This document shows, in pieces, positions 19,759 to 28,777 of a DNA stretch of 64,000 bases. How positions within the stretch are numbered: the stretch's first letter is position 1; each line of letters starts with the position of its first letter. Source of the DNA: an uncultured Verrucomicrobiae bacterium (lineage in GTDB: Bacteria > Verrucomicrobiota > Verrucomicrobiia > Limisphaerales > Palsa-1400). The DNA lies in the NCBI GenBank assembly GCA_963764165.1, contig CAVXRD010000003.1, forward strand, positions 480,001 to 544,000, given 5' to 3'. A program made the translations under genes and the position numbers. The notes below the pieces were generated by a model, which saw only the letters and a list, made by a program, of their open reading frames with translations, was not told where the DNA came from and did no database searches.

Positions 19759-21564
19759 ATGAAGCGAGTAGCCGATTATATTTTCGATCACCTGGCCGAG
19801 GCCGGACATCAGCACATATTTCTCATCACCGGTGGCGGCGCGATGTTCCTGAACGATGCGCTGGCCAGTTGCCGCGGCCTCAAATACGTCTGCTGCCACC
19901 ACGAACAGGCGTGCGCGATGGCGGCGGAAGGGTACGCCCGGGTATCCAACAAGACCGGCATCGTGAGCGTCACGACCGGCCCCGGCGGAATCAACGCGCT
20001 CAACGGCGTTTTCGGCGCTTACACGGATTCCATTCCGATGCTCGTGATTTCAGGCCAGGTGAAATTGGAGACGTGCCTCAGCTCTTACGATCTTCCGAAC
20101 TTGCGCCAATTGGGCGATCAGGAAGTGGAAATCGTAAAGATGGTCAAGAGCATCACAAAGTATGCCGTGATGGTGCGCGATCCGAAAACGATTCGCTATC
20201 ATTTGGAACGGGCGCTCCATCTCGCTTCGCACGGCCGCCCGGGACCCTGCTGGCTGGATATTCCTGTTGACGTCCAGTCCGCCATGATCGATCCAGAAAC
20301 ACTTCAAGCCTACGATCCCAAGGAAGACGAATTGGCCGCCGACCATTCTGAATTGGCGAAACAATGCCGCACCATTCTCGACAAACTTCGCAACGCTCAA
20401 CGGCCTGTCATCATGCCGGGAACGGGCGTGCGCCTCGCCGGGGCCGTCGAACTTTTTGAAGACGTCATCACCAAATTGGGACTGCCCGTCGCAGCCGCAT
20501 GGACGGCCCCCGACGTCATCCCTTCCGACAATCCCCACTTCTGCGGACGGGCCAGCAGCATCGGTGATCGCGCGGGGAATTTCACCGTGCAGAATTCCGA
20601 TTTGCTTTTGGTGCTCGGCTCGCGGCTGAACATTCGCCAGATCAGTTACAATTGGAAGGATTTCGCCAAGAACGCCTACAAAATCCACGTCGATGTGGAT
20701 CCGGCCGAATTGGACAAGCCGATGGTGAAACCGGACATGACGGTCGCGGCGGATTTGAAAGCGTTTCTCACCGAGATGAAATCGCAAATCGACGCCGATG
20801 GATTCGACGGCAAGAAACACGCGGACTGGCTGGCTTGGTGCCGCGAGCGCGTGAAGCGTTATCCGGTTGTCACGGAAAAACAGCGCAACGGATTTCCCAT
20901 CAATTCGTATCATTTCCTCGACGTGCTGATTCACCGACTCACGCCGCAAGACATTATTGTCTGCGGCGACGGGACGGCTTCGGTGGTTCCCTTCCAAGTT
21001 GCTTACATCAAGCGCGGGCTGCGGATGTTCGCCAATTCCGGCAGCGCTTCGATGGGCTATGACATCCCCGCTTCAATTGGCGCGGCTTGCGCAGGTGGCG
21101 GGCGGCGGATCATTTGCCTCGCGGGAGATGGCAGCAGCCACATGAACATTCAGGAGCTGCAAACGATTTTCCACCATCAACTGCCGATCAAAATTTTCAT
21201 ATTGAACAACGGTGGCTATCTCTCGATGCGTTTGACGCAGGGCGGATTTTTCAAGGGCAACTTCATCGGCGAAAGTCCGCGCAGCGGAATCTCTTTTCCC
21301 GACTACGCCAAGCTGGCTATCGCCTACGGCTTGCCCGCGATTCGGATGGAGGCGAAGGAATTCGGCCCTCAACTCGACGAGTTTCTGGCCAAGCCAGGCC
21401 CCGCCCTGTGCGAAGTGATGCTCGACCCCGCGCAAGGATTCGAGCCGCGCCTCAGCTCGCGCCAATTGCCGGATGGCAAGATCGTGACCGCATCGTTCGA
21501 GGACATGGCGCCGTTCTTGAGCCGCGAGGAATTGGCGGAAAACATGATTGTCCCGCAGGCATGA
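19759..21564 (+). CDS. Thiamine-diphosphate-dependent enzyme, acetolactate synthase-like (YerE-like by context)
   Basis: HHEQACAMAAEGYAR, TTGPGGINA, GRPGPCWLDIP, SMGY and GDGS...NNGGY ThDP motif; lies inside a CDP-sugar cluster. Confidence 0.88.
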   Translation: MKRVADYIFDHLAEAGHQHIFLITGGGAMFLNDALASCRGLKYVCCHHEQACAMAAEGYARVSNKTGIVSVTTGPGGINALNGVFGAYTDSIPMLVISGQVKLETCLSSYDLPNLRQLGDQEVEIVKMVKSITKYAVMVRDPKTIRYHLERALHLASHGRPGPCWLDIPVDVQSAMIDPETLQAYDPKEDELAADHSELAKQCRTILDKLRNAQRPVIMPGTGVRLAGAVELFEDVITKLGLPVAAAWTAPDVIPSDNPHFCGRASSIGDRAGNFTVQNSDLLLVLGSRLNIRQISYNWKDFAKNAYKIHVDVDPAELDKPMVKPDMTVAADLKAFLTEMKSQIDADGFDGKKHADWLAWCRERVKRYPVVTEKQRNGFPINSYHFLDVLIHRLTPQDIIVCGDGTASVVPFQVAYIKRGLRMFANSGSASMGYDIPASIGAACAGGGRRIICLAGDGSSHMNIQELQTIFHHQLPIKIFILNNGGYLSMRLTQGGFFKGNFIGESPRSGISFPDYAKLAIAYGLPAIRMEAKEFGPQLDEFLAKPGPALCEVMLDPAQGFEPRLSSRQLPDGKIVTASFEDMAPFLSREELAENMIVPQA

Positions 21565-22214
21565 GTCCGCTCCCGCGGTCCATCATCTTCGACTTGGACG
21601 GCACGCTTATCGATTCCAGATCGGTGATTCTGGAATGCTTCGACTGCGCCGCAAACGCGGTCTTTCCGGGCGTGAGTTATGACCGGCAAGCCGTTCGGCT
21701 CGGCCCGCCGTTGAGGAAGATGTTCCAAATCACATTCCCATCCGCGACGGATGCCGACATCGATAATCTGCTGAAAAACTTTCGGCGGCAATATGATCAG
21801 GATGCTCCAGCCAAAACACCCGCTTACGACAGAACGGCAGACCTTCTGGCGCATTGCAAAAGCTGTGGCATTCGCCTCGATGTGGCTACCAATAAGCCAT
21901 CGGGTATTGCGATGAGAATTCTCGCGCATTTGAAATTGGACGGATTTTTTCATTCGATCATCGGCTTGGATTCCGTGCAACCGCCCTTCCCCAGCAAAGG
22001 AGAAATGGTGCGGCACATTCTGCGCTCTGGCGCGTTGAAGGCGGCGGAAACTTGGTACGTCGGCGATTCGGCGGAAGACGCCGCCGCAGCCGCGCAATCC
22101 GGGCTGCCGTTCGTCTGGGCCAGCTACGGATACGGCCATATTGGCAAGGCGGAACGGGGCGCAATTTTTCGTTCGATTCAATCCGTGGCGGAATTGCAAC
22201 AAATGCTGGCCTAG
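21561..22214 (+). CDS. HAD-family hydrolase (phosphoglycolate phosphatase-like)
   Basis: IIFDLDGTLIDS, VATNK, YVGDSAED, YGYG; ATGA overlap with the upstream gene. Confidence 0.88.
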   Translation: MSPLPRSIIFDLDGTLIDSRSVILECFDCAANAVFPGVSYDRQAVRLGPPLRKMFQITFPSATDADIDNLLKNFRRQYDQDAPAKTPAYDRTADLLAHCKSCGIRLDVATNKPSGIAMRILAHLKLDGFFHSIIGLDSVQPPFPSKGEMVRHILRSGALKAAETWYVGDSAEDAAAAAQSGLPFVWASYGYGHIGKAERGAIFRSIQSVAELQQMLA

Positions 22215-22272
22215 CGAATCCGGTCTTGGCAATCGGCCCGGATTTCGATTAAGCTAAATTGGTTCAACAACG

Positions 22273-23421
22273 ATGAAAGCTGATATTTTTGAAGATTTGT
22301 TCGTTCTCGAGATGGCCAACAACCACTTGGGCAACCTCGACCGCGGCCTTGCCATTATTGACAAGTTCAGCAAGATCGTCCGCTTTAATGGCGTCCTAGC
22401 CGCCATCAAGATTCAATTGCGCGACGTCAACACGCTGATTCACGAGAATTACCGCCATCGCGAGGACATCCGTTACATCAAGAAAACGCTCCAGACGGCG
22501 ATGCCCCCGGAAAATTACGCCACCCTGGTCAACGCCGTCCGCAGCTCCGGCGCGCGCACGTGCGCCACGCCGTTCGATGAGGCCTCCGTCGACATGTGCG
22601 TCAATCTGGGTGTGCAATACATCAAACTGGCCAGCTCGGATTTGAACGATTGGTTCCTGATTGAGAAAATCGCCAAGACCCGCAAACCCGTCATCGCGTC
22701 CACCGGCGGTTCGACGTTGAAAGACATTGATGATTTGGTGACGTTTTTCGAGAACCGCAACATCCCGCTCGCGATCAACCATTGCGTCTCGCTTTACCCG
22801 ACCGAGGACAGTGAATTGGAAATGAACCAGATCGATTTTCTGAAGAATCGTTATCCGGACGTCACCATCGGGTTCTCCTCGCACGAATATCACACGTGGG
22901 ACGCCTCGATGTATATCGCTTATGCGAAGGGCGCCCGCACCTTCGAGCGCCACATTGATATTGACGACGACGGCATCAAAGTCTCGCCATATTGCAGCAC
23001 GCCCGCGCAAGTGGACACGTGGTTCAAGGCCTACCGCAAAGCGAAGGAAATGTGCGGCGGCGGCGCCCAAACCAAGCGCGTCCCGCCGGTCGGCGAAATC
23101 AAGTATCTCGACGCCCTCGTCCGCGGCGTCTTCGCCAAACGCGACCTCCCCGCCGGCACCAAGCTGACGGACGACGACGTCTACCTCGCGATCCCATTGC
23201 TCAAGGGCCAAATTTCCTGCCGCGAACTGATGCGCGGCGAAGTCCTGCTGCGAGACGTCGCCGCAAAAGCGCCCTTGAACATCGACGACATCGACAGCCC
23301 CTACTCAGGCTCCGACGACTTGAAGAAAACGATCTACTCCCGCGGTCTCGACCCAACCGGCACCGAAGACGCCGCCGCCAAAGGCTCCAAAGGCATAGAC
23401 CAGTCGAATAAGACGCTGTAA
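22273..23421 (+). CDS. N-acetylneuraminate synthase (NeuB/SpsE) family protein with SAF-like domain
   Basis: EMANNHLG, TPFDEASVD, KLASSD, STGG, HCVSLYPT, GFSSHE, FERH; C-terminal RGVFAKRDLPAG. Confidence 0.88.
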   Translation: MKADIFEDLFVLEMANNHLGNLDRGLAIIDKFSKIVRFNGVLAAIKIQLRDVNTLIHENYRHREDIRYIKKTLQTAMPPENYATLVNAVRSSGARTCATPFDEASVDMCVNLGVQYIKLASSDLNDWFLIEKIAKTRKPVIASTGGSTLKDIDDLVTFFENRNIPLAINHCVSLYPTEDSELEMNQIDFLKNRYPDVTIGFSSHEYHTWDASMYIAYAKGARTFERHIDIDDDGIKVSPYCSTPAQVDTWFKAYRKAKEMCGGGAQTKRVPPVGEIKYLDALVRGVFAKRDLPAGTKLTDDDVYLAIPLLKGQISCRELMRGEVLLRDVAAKAPLNIDDIDSPYSGSDDLKKTIYSRGLDPTGTEDAAAKGSKGIDQSNKTL

Positions 23422-23431
23422 GGCTCATCGA

Positions 23432-24569
23432 ATGAGCAACGGCGAACTGTACCGACAGGTGGAGAAAGCGTTGGAAGACTTCATTGCTGGGGAAAACTGC
23501 GCGCCGGTCTGGAACGATAGGAAAGTTGTGATTTATGGCGCGGGTGAGTTTGGCCGCGATCTAGCAAGAGCGCTCCACCGTGAACCCGAGGTTGCACTTT
23601 TGGGTTTTCTGGATCAAAAAGGCATCGGCCAACCGATTTTCGACGGCCTTGGCTCGCATCCCCTTGGCTCGGCAGCAGCAAACCAATGGCTTGCCGAAAG
23701 GCCGGTGGTGATGATCGGAGCGCATAACAACCGAGCGAAATTACGCGATATCAAAACGGCATTAAAGAGTGCCGGATTTGAAGATGTGCTCACACCAATG
23801 GAGGTCTATCAGAGACTCGGAAGCAAACTCGGTTGGCGCTTTTGGCTGGGAAAGCCAAAGGACTATCAAGGCGCAGCCGACGCGATTCATAAGTTGCGTC
23901 CTCATTGGGCCGACGAACGGAGCGAACGCCTTTATCTTGAAACGCTGCTATTCAGAATCTCTTTCGATCTCGAAAGAGTCTCCGAACCCGCCGGTTCCTC
24001 CATCCAATACTGTGACCCCACGGTGCCGCGCTGGAAGGAGCCGCTTCACATGGTTGATGGCGGGGCTTACACCGGCGATTCTTTTGAGCAAATGCATGCC
24101 GCAGGCTATAAATTCGAATCAATCTATGCCTTCGAGCCAGATGCTGAAAATTTCACCAAACTGACAACCGCGTCAGCTAAATTTGCGCCGCGAACAAAAG
24201 TCAGCCTTTGGCCTTGCGGCCTATGGTCCTCAACGCGCCGATTGCATTTTGCGGAGGGGGACGGGACTTCGAGCAAGATTACGGATGTTGGGAATTCGAT
24301 TTTGCCCGTCGTGGCGCTCGATGAAGTCTTGCATGGAATTGATGTAAACCTGCTTAAATTCGACATTGAGGGTGCCGAATTGGACGCCCTCAAAGGCTCA
24401 CAAAAGATTATCGAGCGCTGCCACCCTGGGCTTGCCATGTGTCTTTACCACCATCCAGAGCATTTGTGGTCAATTCCGCTTTGGATCGCCAGTGTTTATG
24501 CGGATTACCGATTCTACTATCGAGCTTACGAGCACAACACTTGGGAGACCTGTACTCTACGCGGTTTAG
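23432..24569 (+). CDS. FkbM-family methyltransferase; a 1-bp insertion near the 3' end causes read-through in the ORF track
   Basis: VDGGAYTGD, AFEPD, KFDIEGAE, LYHHPEHLW. Removing one base at ~24551 restores the ending WETVLYAV-stop at 24569. Confidence 0.8.
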
Positions 24570-24643
24570 CACCCATTATTCCGCTTGACGCTGAACAGGG
24601 TTATGCTGTTAAATTAGCGATTGACAAGGCTAAAAACAATGCT

Positions 24644-26353
24644 ATGAATCCAAAAATTGCCATATTTGCATCATTAGTGGCGAGTTTGAGTCTATCCCCA
24701 TCTGCACAGGCGCAATCTTTTCTTACAAACGGACTGATTGCTCTCTATCCGTTTGATGGAAACGCGCGCGATTACACAACGAATGCTCACAACGGAAACC
24801 TTTTCGGAACAACCGCTTTCGCGCCGGATCGATTTGGCAACCCTAACTCATGCCTAGCTTTGTCTGGTGGGCAGGGAATTGGCTCTGGAGTCGACATTCC
24901 CTCGCTTGCAAACATGTCTTACTATCCCGCCACGTACACGGCATGGTGTTTGGTCAGTAATTTCCCTGCGACAACTGGCGACCTTATTGTGATGACGCTG
25001 ATCGGACGGGAGCAGTGTGGCCAACAGACGGATGGGTCTATTGATTTTTGCACCGTTCAGGACGCCAGTGGAGACAATCACTTTAACTATTTTACCGGCG
25101 GAACTGGCACTCACCTGACGAACGGCACTCCAACCAATCAATGGTTCCAACTAGCGGTTACAATATCTTCCAACGGCGCGCTAACCATGTATGTGAATGG
25201 AACTAATATGCCGATGTCGGGGCCGGGTACGGCGGTCCAGGGTGTTTCGGAGGATTTTCGGATTGGAGCCTCCAGCGGCGGTGGTTGTAGTTATGAATAT
25301 GTTTGGAATGGCTTGATCGACGACGTTCGAATTTATAACCGGGCGCTGTCCAATTCCGAGGTGCTCGCTCTATACCAGTATGAATCCCCTCCATGCCTGA
25401 ACGAACCGGCCTTCGCCACGGCGATCGTGACTAACGGGTTTGTCATAGGCGTCACCTTGCAAGACGGCGGTTGCGGATTCACTAATGCGCCTCAAGTAGC
25501 CTTTGTGGGCGGCGCCGGAACGGGCGCAGCCGGCTACGCGGTTATTAGCAATGGCGTTGTCACCGGGGTCAACATCACCGACGCGGGCATTGGTTACGTG
25601 TCGCCGCCGCAAGTGATTATCGGTGAATCCCCATCCATAGTCACAGAACCAGCCTCAACAAACGTGGACGCGAATACGCCCGCATATTTCAGCGTCGCCG
25701 CCATAGGCACGAGTTCGATGTCCTACCAATGGTTGTTTGACGGCTCGAATGTCGCCGGTGCCATTTCCAACATGCTGACCTTTTCAAACGTCGTGCAGAC
25801 AAACTTGGGAAGCTACTCCGTCGTTATCAGCAATATATTCGGCTCGGTGACAAGCTCGGTGGCTGTGCTGGGAATGTATCCATATTTGAATCAGACGTTT
25901 GCGGGATTGGAGACCGATTGGGGCTATACAAACACCCTCAGCGTTGGCGCTTGGGGAACGGGGCCGTTGACGTATCAATGGTACTTTGATGGCAGCGCGA
26001 TTAGCGGCGCGACGAGTTCAAATTTGACGCTAAGCGCCATCCAGTTCACCAATGCCGGGCTTTACTCGGTGGTTGTTTCAGACGCTTTAGGCAGCGTGAC
26101 AAATACACCCGAACAAGTGGTTGTAAATCCCTCTGGCGTCGCCATCGGCCTGTCTCCCACGATCACGATCAGCGGCGTCGTAGGATACAATTACGCGATC
26201 CAGCGCAACAGTGATTTAAGCAACACCAACACTTGGGTGACGATTACAAATTTAACCCTGACCCAACCCGTCCAAATTTGGGCTGACACCAGTATCAATG
26301 TCGCCATCCCTGGAAGTTCGCAGCAGTTCTATCGAGTTTTGCCGGCGCACTGA
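24644..26353 (+). CDS. Exported LamG-like and Ig-domain protein with shared C-terminal domain
   Basis: Signal peptide MNPKIAIF...AQA; GLIALYPFDGNA...GLIDDVRIYNRALS (LamG); two YQW...GxYSVV Ig repeats; ends QQFYRVL. Confidence 0.82.
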   Translation: MNPKIAIFASLVASLSLSPSAQAQSFLTNGLIALYPFDGNARDYTTNAHNGNLFGTTAFAPDRFGNPNSCLALSGGQGIGSGVDIPSLANMSYYPATYTAWCLVSNFPATTGDLIVMTLIGREQCGQQTDGSIDFCTVQDASGDNHFNYFTGGTGTHLTNGTPTNQWFQLAVTISSNGALTMYVNGTNMPMSGPGTAVQGVSEDFRIGASSGGGCSYEYVWNGLIDDVRIYNRALSNSEVLALYQYESPPCLNEPAFATAIVTNGFVIGVTLQDGGCGFTNAPQVAFVGGAGTGAAGYAVISNGVVTGVNITDAGIGYVSPPQVIIGESPSIVTEPASTNVDANTPAYFSVAAIGTSSMSYQWLFDGSNVAGAISNMLTFSNVVQTNLGSYSVVISNIFGSVTSSVAVLGMYPYLNQTFAGLETDWGYTNTLSVGAWGTGPLTYQWYFDGSAISGATSSNLTLSAIQFTNAGLYSVVVSDALGSVTNTPEQVVVNPSGVAIGLSPTITISGVVGYNYAIQRNSDLSNTNTWVTITNLTLTQPVQIWADTSINVAIPGSSQQFYRVLPAH

Positions 26354-26376
26354 AGAGCGAGAAATCTGACTTCATT

Positions 26377-26402
26377 GGGCGCCGAATGGCGCCCCTATTT
26401 TG
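26377..26402 (+). terminator. Putative intrinsic terminator
   Basis: GGGCGCC-GAAT-GGCGCCC hairpin followed by CTATTTT, 23 bp after the stop. Confidence 0.45.
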
Positions 26403-26422
26403 CCCATCCTCCAAGGAACCCC

Positions 26423-27577
26423 ATGATGCGCCCGGGATTTGCGGTATCGATTGCGCGGAAAGGCCGAATCCGATTTTGGATGCTGGAAGCAGCCTGGATG
26501 ATCACCTTGTTCTTGGGGCAAGGCGCCGGGGCAGAACCTCTTCCCGTAGTCATCGTGTCCCAGCCGCAGAGCCGCTCAGTGGAAATCGGAACCACCACCA
26601 CATTCTCGGTAGTCGTCTCGCGTGGGGATGCCGCGCTGCCGGATGTCACTTCAGGCCAGCTCCAGCTTTGGCTGAAGGCTGATTCAGGCGTCGTCACTGA
26701 TAATGCCGGTCACGTCAGTGCCTGGAAAGATCAATCCGGAAACGACCATAACGCGTTGCAAGAGAACCGCAGCCAACAACCGCTGCTGGCTCCCTCGGTC
26801 TCCGCGATCGGTGGCCGGCCCGCCCTCCGTTTTAACGGCGATCAAGATAACATCCACGGAAGTTACCTCCGTGGCGAGGGTTATATCGGCATTCCGAATG
26901 CGTTAACTACCTTTGTAGTTTACAATGCGTTTGTCGCGACAAATAAGGAAAATCTGTTGTGGCTCATCGGCCAGCCGGGGCTGGTCTACGGCGCGTCGCG
27001 CTGCGACGACGTTTTCGATGGCAACCTGCACTTTTCGACCTGGGCGCATTACTATCAAACCGACTTCAAAATTCCCACCAATACCTATCGCCTATGGATG
27101 GATTGGACAGACCGGAGCGTCCGCATGGTGCATATTTGCGACGTGACGGCAGACAAGACAACCACCATTACAAAGTCGATTTCCAACCCGGCACGCCCTG
27201 ACGCTGGCTATTTTATTGGCGGCTTGAATCCTGAACTCCCGTTTGTCGAGTCCAGCAGATGCTTTAACGGGGACATTGCCGAATTTCTCTGCTACCGCGG
27301 CAGCCTTAGCGAAGCGGATCGACAGGCGGTGATAAATTATCTCCAGCAAAAGTATCTTTTGACGAGCGGCGAGGACAGCCTCCATTACCAGTGGCAAAAG
27401 GGGGATCGTCAAATTTCCGATGCCACAAACGCAACATTGACTCTTACAAATATTGACGCAAATGACGCCGGCATGTACTCAGTCACGATCAAAAATGCCG
27501 GGGGCGCCGCAAAAAGCGTGTCGGCTGCCCTCACCGTGTTTCGAAACGGGCATCCCGTCCGACCAGTGGGCGAGTAA
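26423..27577 (+). CDS. Exported protein: LamG-like domain nested within an Ig domain
   Basis: AAGGA RBS; IVSQPQS...TFSVVV, then [11 protein letters not shown]...FNGDIAEFL, then YQWQK...GMYSVTI. Confidence 0.78.
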   Translation: MMRPGFAVSIARKGRIRFWMLEAAWMITLFLGQGAGAEPLPVVIVSQPQSRSVEIGTTTTFSVVVSRGDAALPDVTSGQLQLWLKADSGVVTDNAGHVSAWKDQSGNDHNALQENRSQQPLLAPSVSAIGGRPALRFNGDQDNIHGSYLRGEGYIGIPNALTTFVVYNAFVATNKENLLWLIGQPGLVYGASRCDDVFDGNLHFSTWAHYYQTDFKIPTNTYRLWMDWTDRSVRMVHICDVTADKTTTITKSISNPARPDAGYFIGGLNPELPFVESSRCFNGDIAEFLCYRGSLSEADRQAVINYLQQKYLLTSGEDSLHYQWQKGDRQISDATNATLTLTNIDANDAGMYSVTIKNAGGAAKSVSAALTVFRNGHPVRPVGE

Positions 27578-27693
27578 GCAAGGATTGTCGTCGCAGGGGT
27601 GTGCGTCGAAAAGCTCATGCCGTTCCGGCGACATTAGGCTGTTCCAGCTTGACAATTCTGCCAACTTTTGCTAGCTACTTAGCAGGATCGAAC

Positions 27694-28626
27694 ATGGAGC
27701 TACTTAAACCTTATCCAGGCCGGAGTGCGCGCACCAAGTTGGGAGGGCTCGGCAGCCCGTCAAATTTAGCTTTCACTTTGATCGAATTGCTGGTCGTCAT
27801 TGCCATAATTGCCATTCTGGCAGCTTTGCTATTGCCGGCCTTGACAAAAGCGAAAGCTGAAGCGCAGACCACCGCCTGCATCAGCAACCAGAAGCAGTTG
27901 ACCACGGCTTGGATGATGTACGCTGGCGAGTCCAAGGAATACATCGTGAACAACTTCTGCAACGGGTTCCAAGGTTGCGGGCAGAATGCATGGGTAACCG
28001 AGGGATCCCTTCCGAGCGGAGAATCATGGACTGGGAACCCCAGGCTGGACTCTAATACCGATGCGATCATCCATGGTATTCTGTTTGCGTATAACGGAAA
28101 CACAAAAATTTATTGTTGTCCCTCGGATCGATCCATGTGCAACAATCATCCAACCGTTCCGCGCACCCGCAGTTATTCCATGAGCACAGGGTTGAACTAT
28201 GAAGAGGGCAGCCCCAATTATGAAGCTGATAATGGGACGTATTTAAGAATCACCGATATGCTGCTTCCCCGTCCTGTTTCAACGGCGGTATTCCTTGATG
28301 AGGCCGAGAATTGCATCGACAATAATGCGATCGGCATTTTCTCCGGCTTATGGAATGCCACACACACTGCAATTGACTATACCCAAGGCGACGTCGGTTT
28401 TTGGAATCTGCCGTCAGACCGCCATAGTTATGGTTGCGTTCTGACCTTTGCCGACGGCCACATTGAACATTGGAAGTGGCGCGGCACCGCCATTGGCGTG
28501 GACAACGCCTTGCCTGACAACCCAACGGGGGACCAGGGAACGGGAGTTTATACGCCATGCCCGGCCAACGACCCCGATCTTCTGCGACTGAAGGCGCTGG
28601 TTCCGGTTTATACAGGGCAGCCTTGA
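27694..28626 (+). CDS. Prepilin-type N-terminal cleavage/methylation protein with H-X9-DG motif (pseudopilin-like)
   Basis: [51 protein letters not shown]. Confidence 0.9.
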   Translation: MELLKPYPGRSARTKLGGLGSPSNLAFTLIELLVVIAIIAILAALLLPALTKAKAEAQTTACISNQKQLTTAWMMYAGESKEYIVNNFCNGFQGCGQNAWVTEGSLPSGESWTGNPRLDSNTDAIIHGILFAYNGNTKIYCCPSDRSMCNNHPTVPRTRSYSMSTGLNYEEGSPNYEADNGTYLRITDMLLPRPVSTAVFLDEAENCIDNNAIGIFSGLWNATHTAIDYTQGDVGFWNLPSDRHSYGCVLTFADGHIEHWKWRGTAIGVDNALPDNPTGDQGTGVYTPCPANDPDLLRLKALVPVYTGQP

Positions 28627-28777
28627 GCCTGCTGGGGGGTGCGCTGACGCGCCCCTTCGCCCTTTGCTGCGATGTCCAAAATTCCAAACTCCTGACTTGA
28701 CCTGGTTAGGGAAATTCGACATTAATCTGGCTAGTCTGCTCTAAACCGATAATCCAGAGACATTAATTCCGGCTCAT

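Noticed and set aside
21087..21560. N-terminal extension of the HAD ORF (375 aa)
   Set aside because: It overlaps the ThDP gene out of frame. The HAD motif I follows the ATG at 21561.
19759..21564. Housekeeping ilvB assignment
   Set aside because: No ilvN/ilvC is adjacent and the gene is embedded in a CDP-sugar cluster, so no gene symbol was given.
23432..26353. 973-aa FkbM-LamG-Ig fusion protein
   Set aside because: The natural FkbM ending (VLYAV-stop) lies in the next frame at 24552-24569, and an internal signal peptide starts at 24644. A single extra base explains the fusion.
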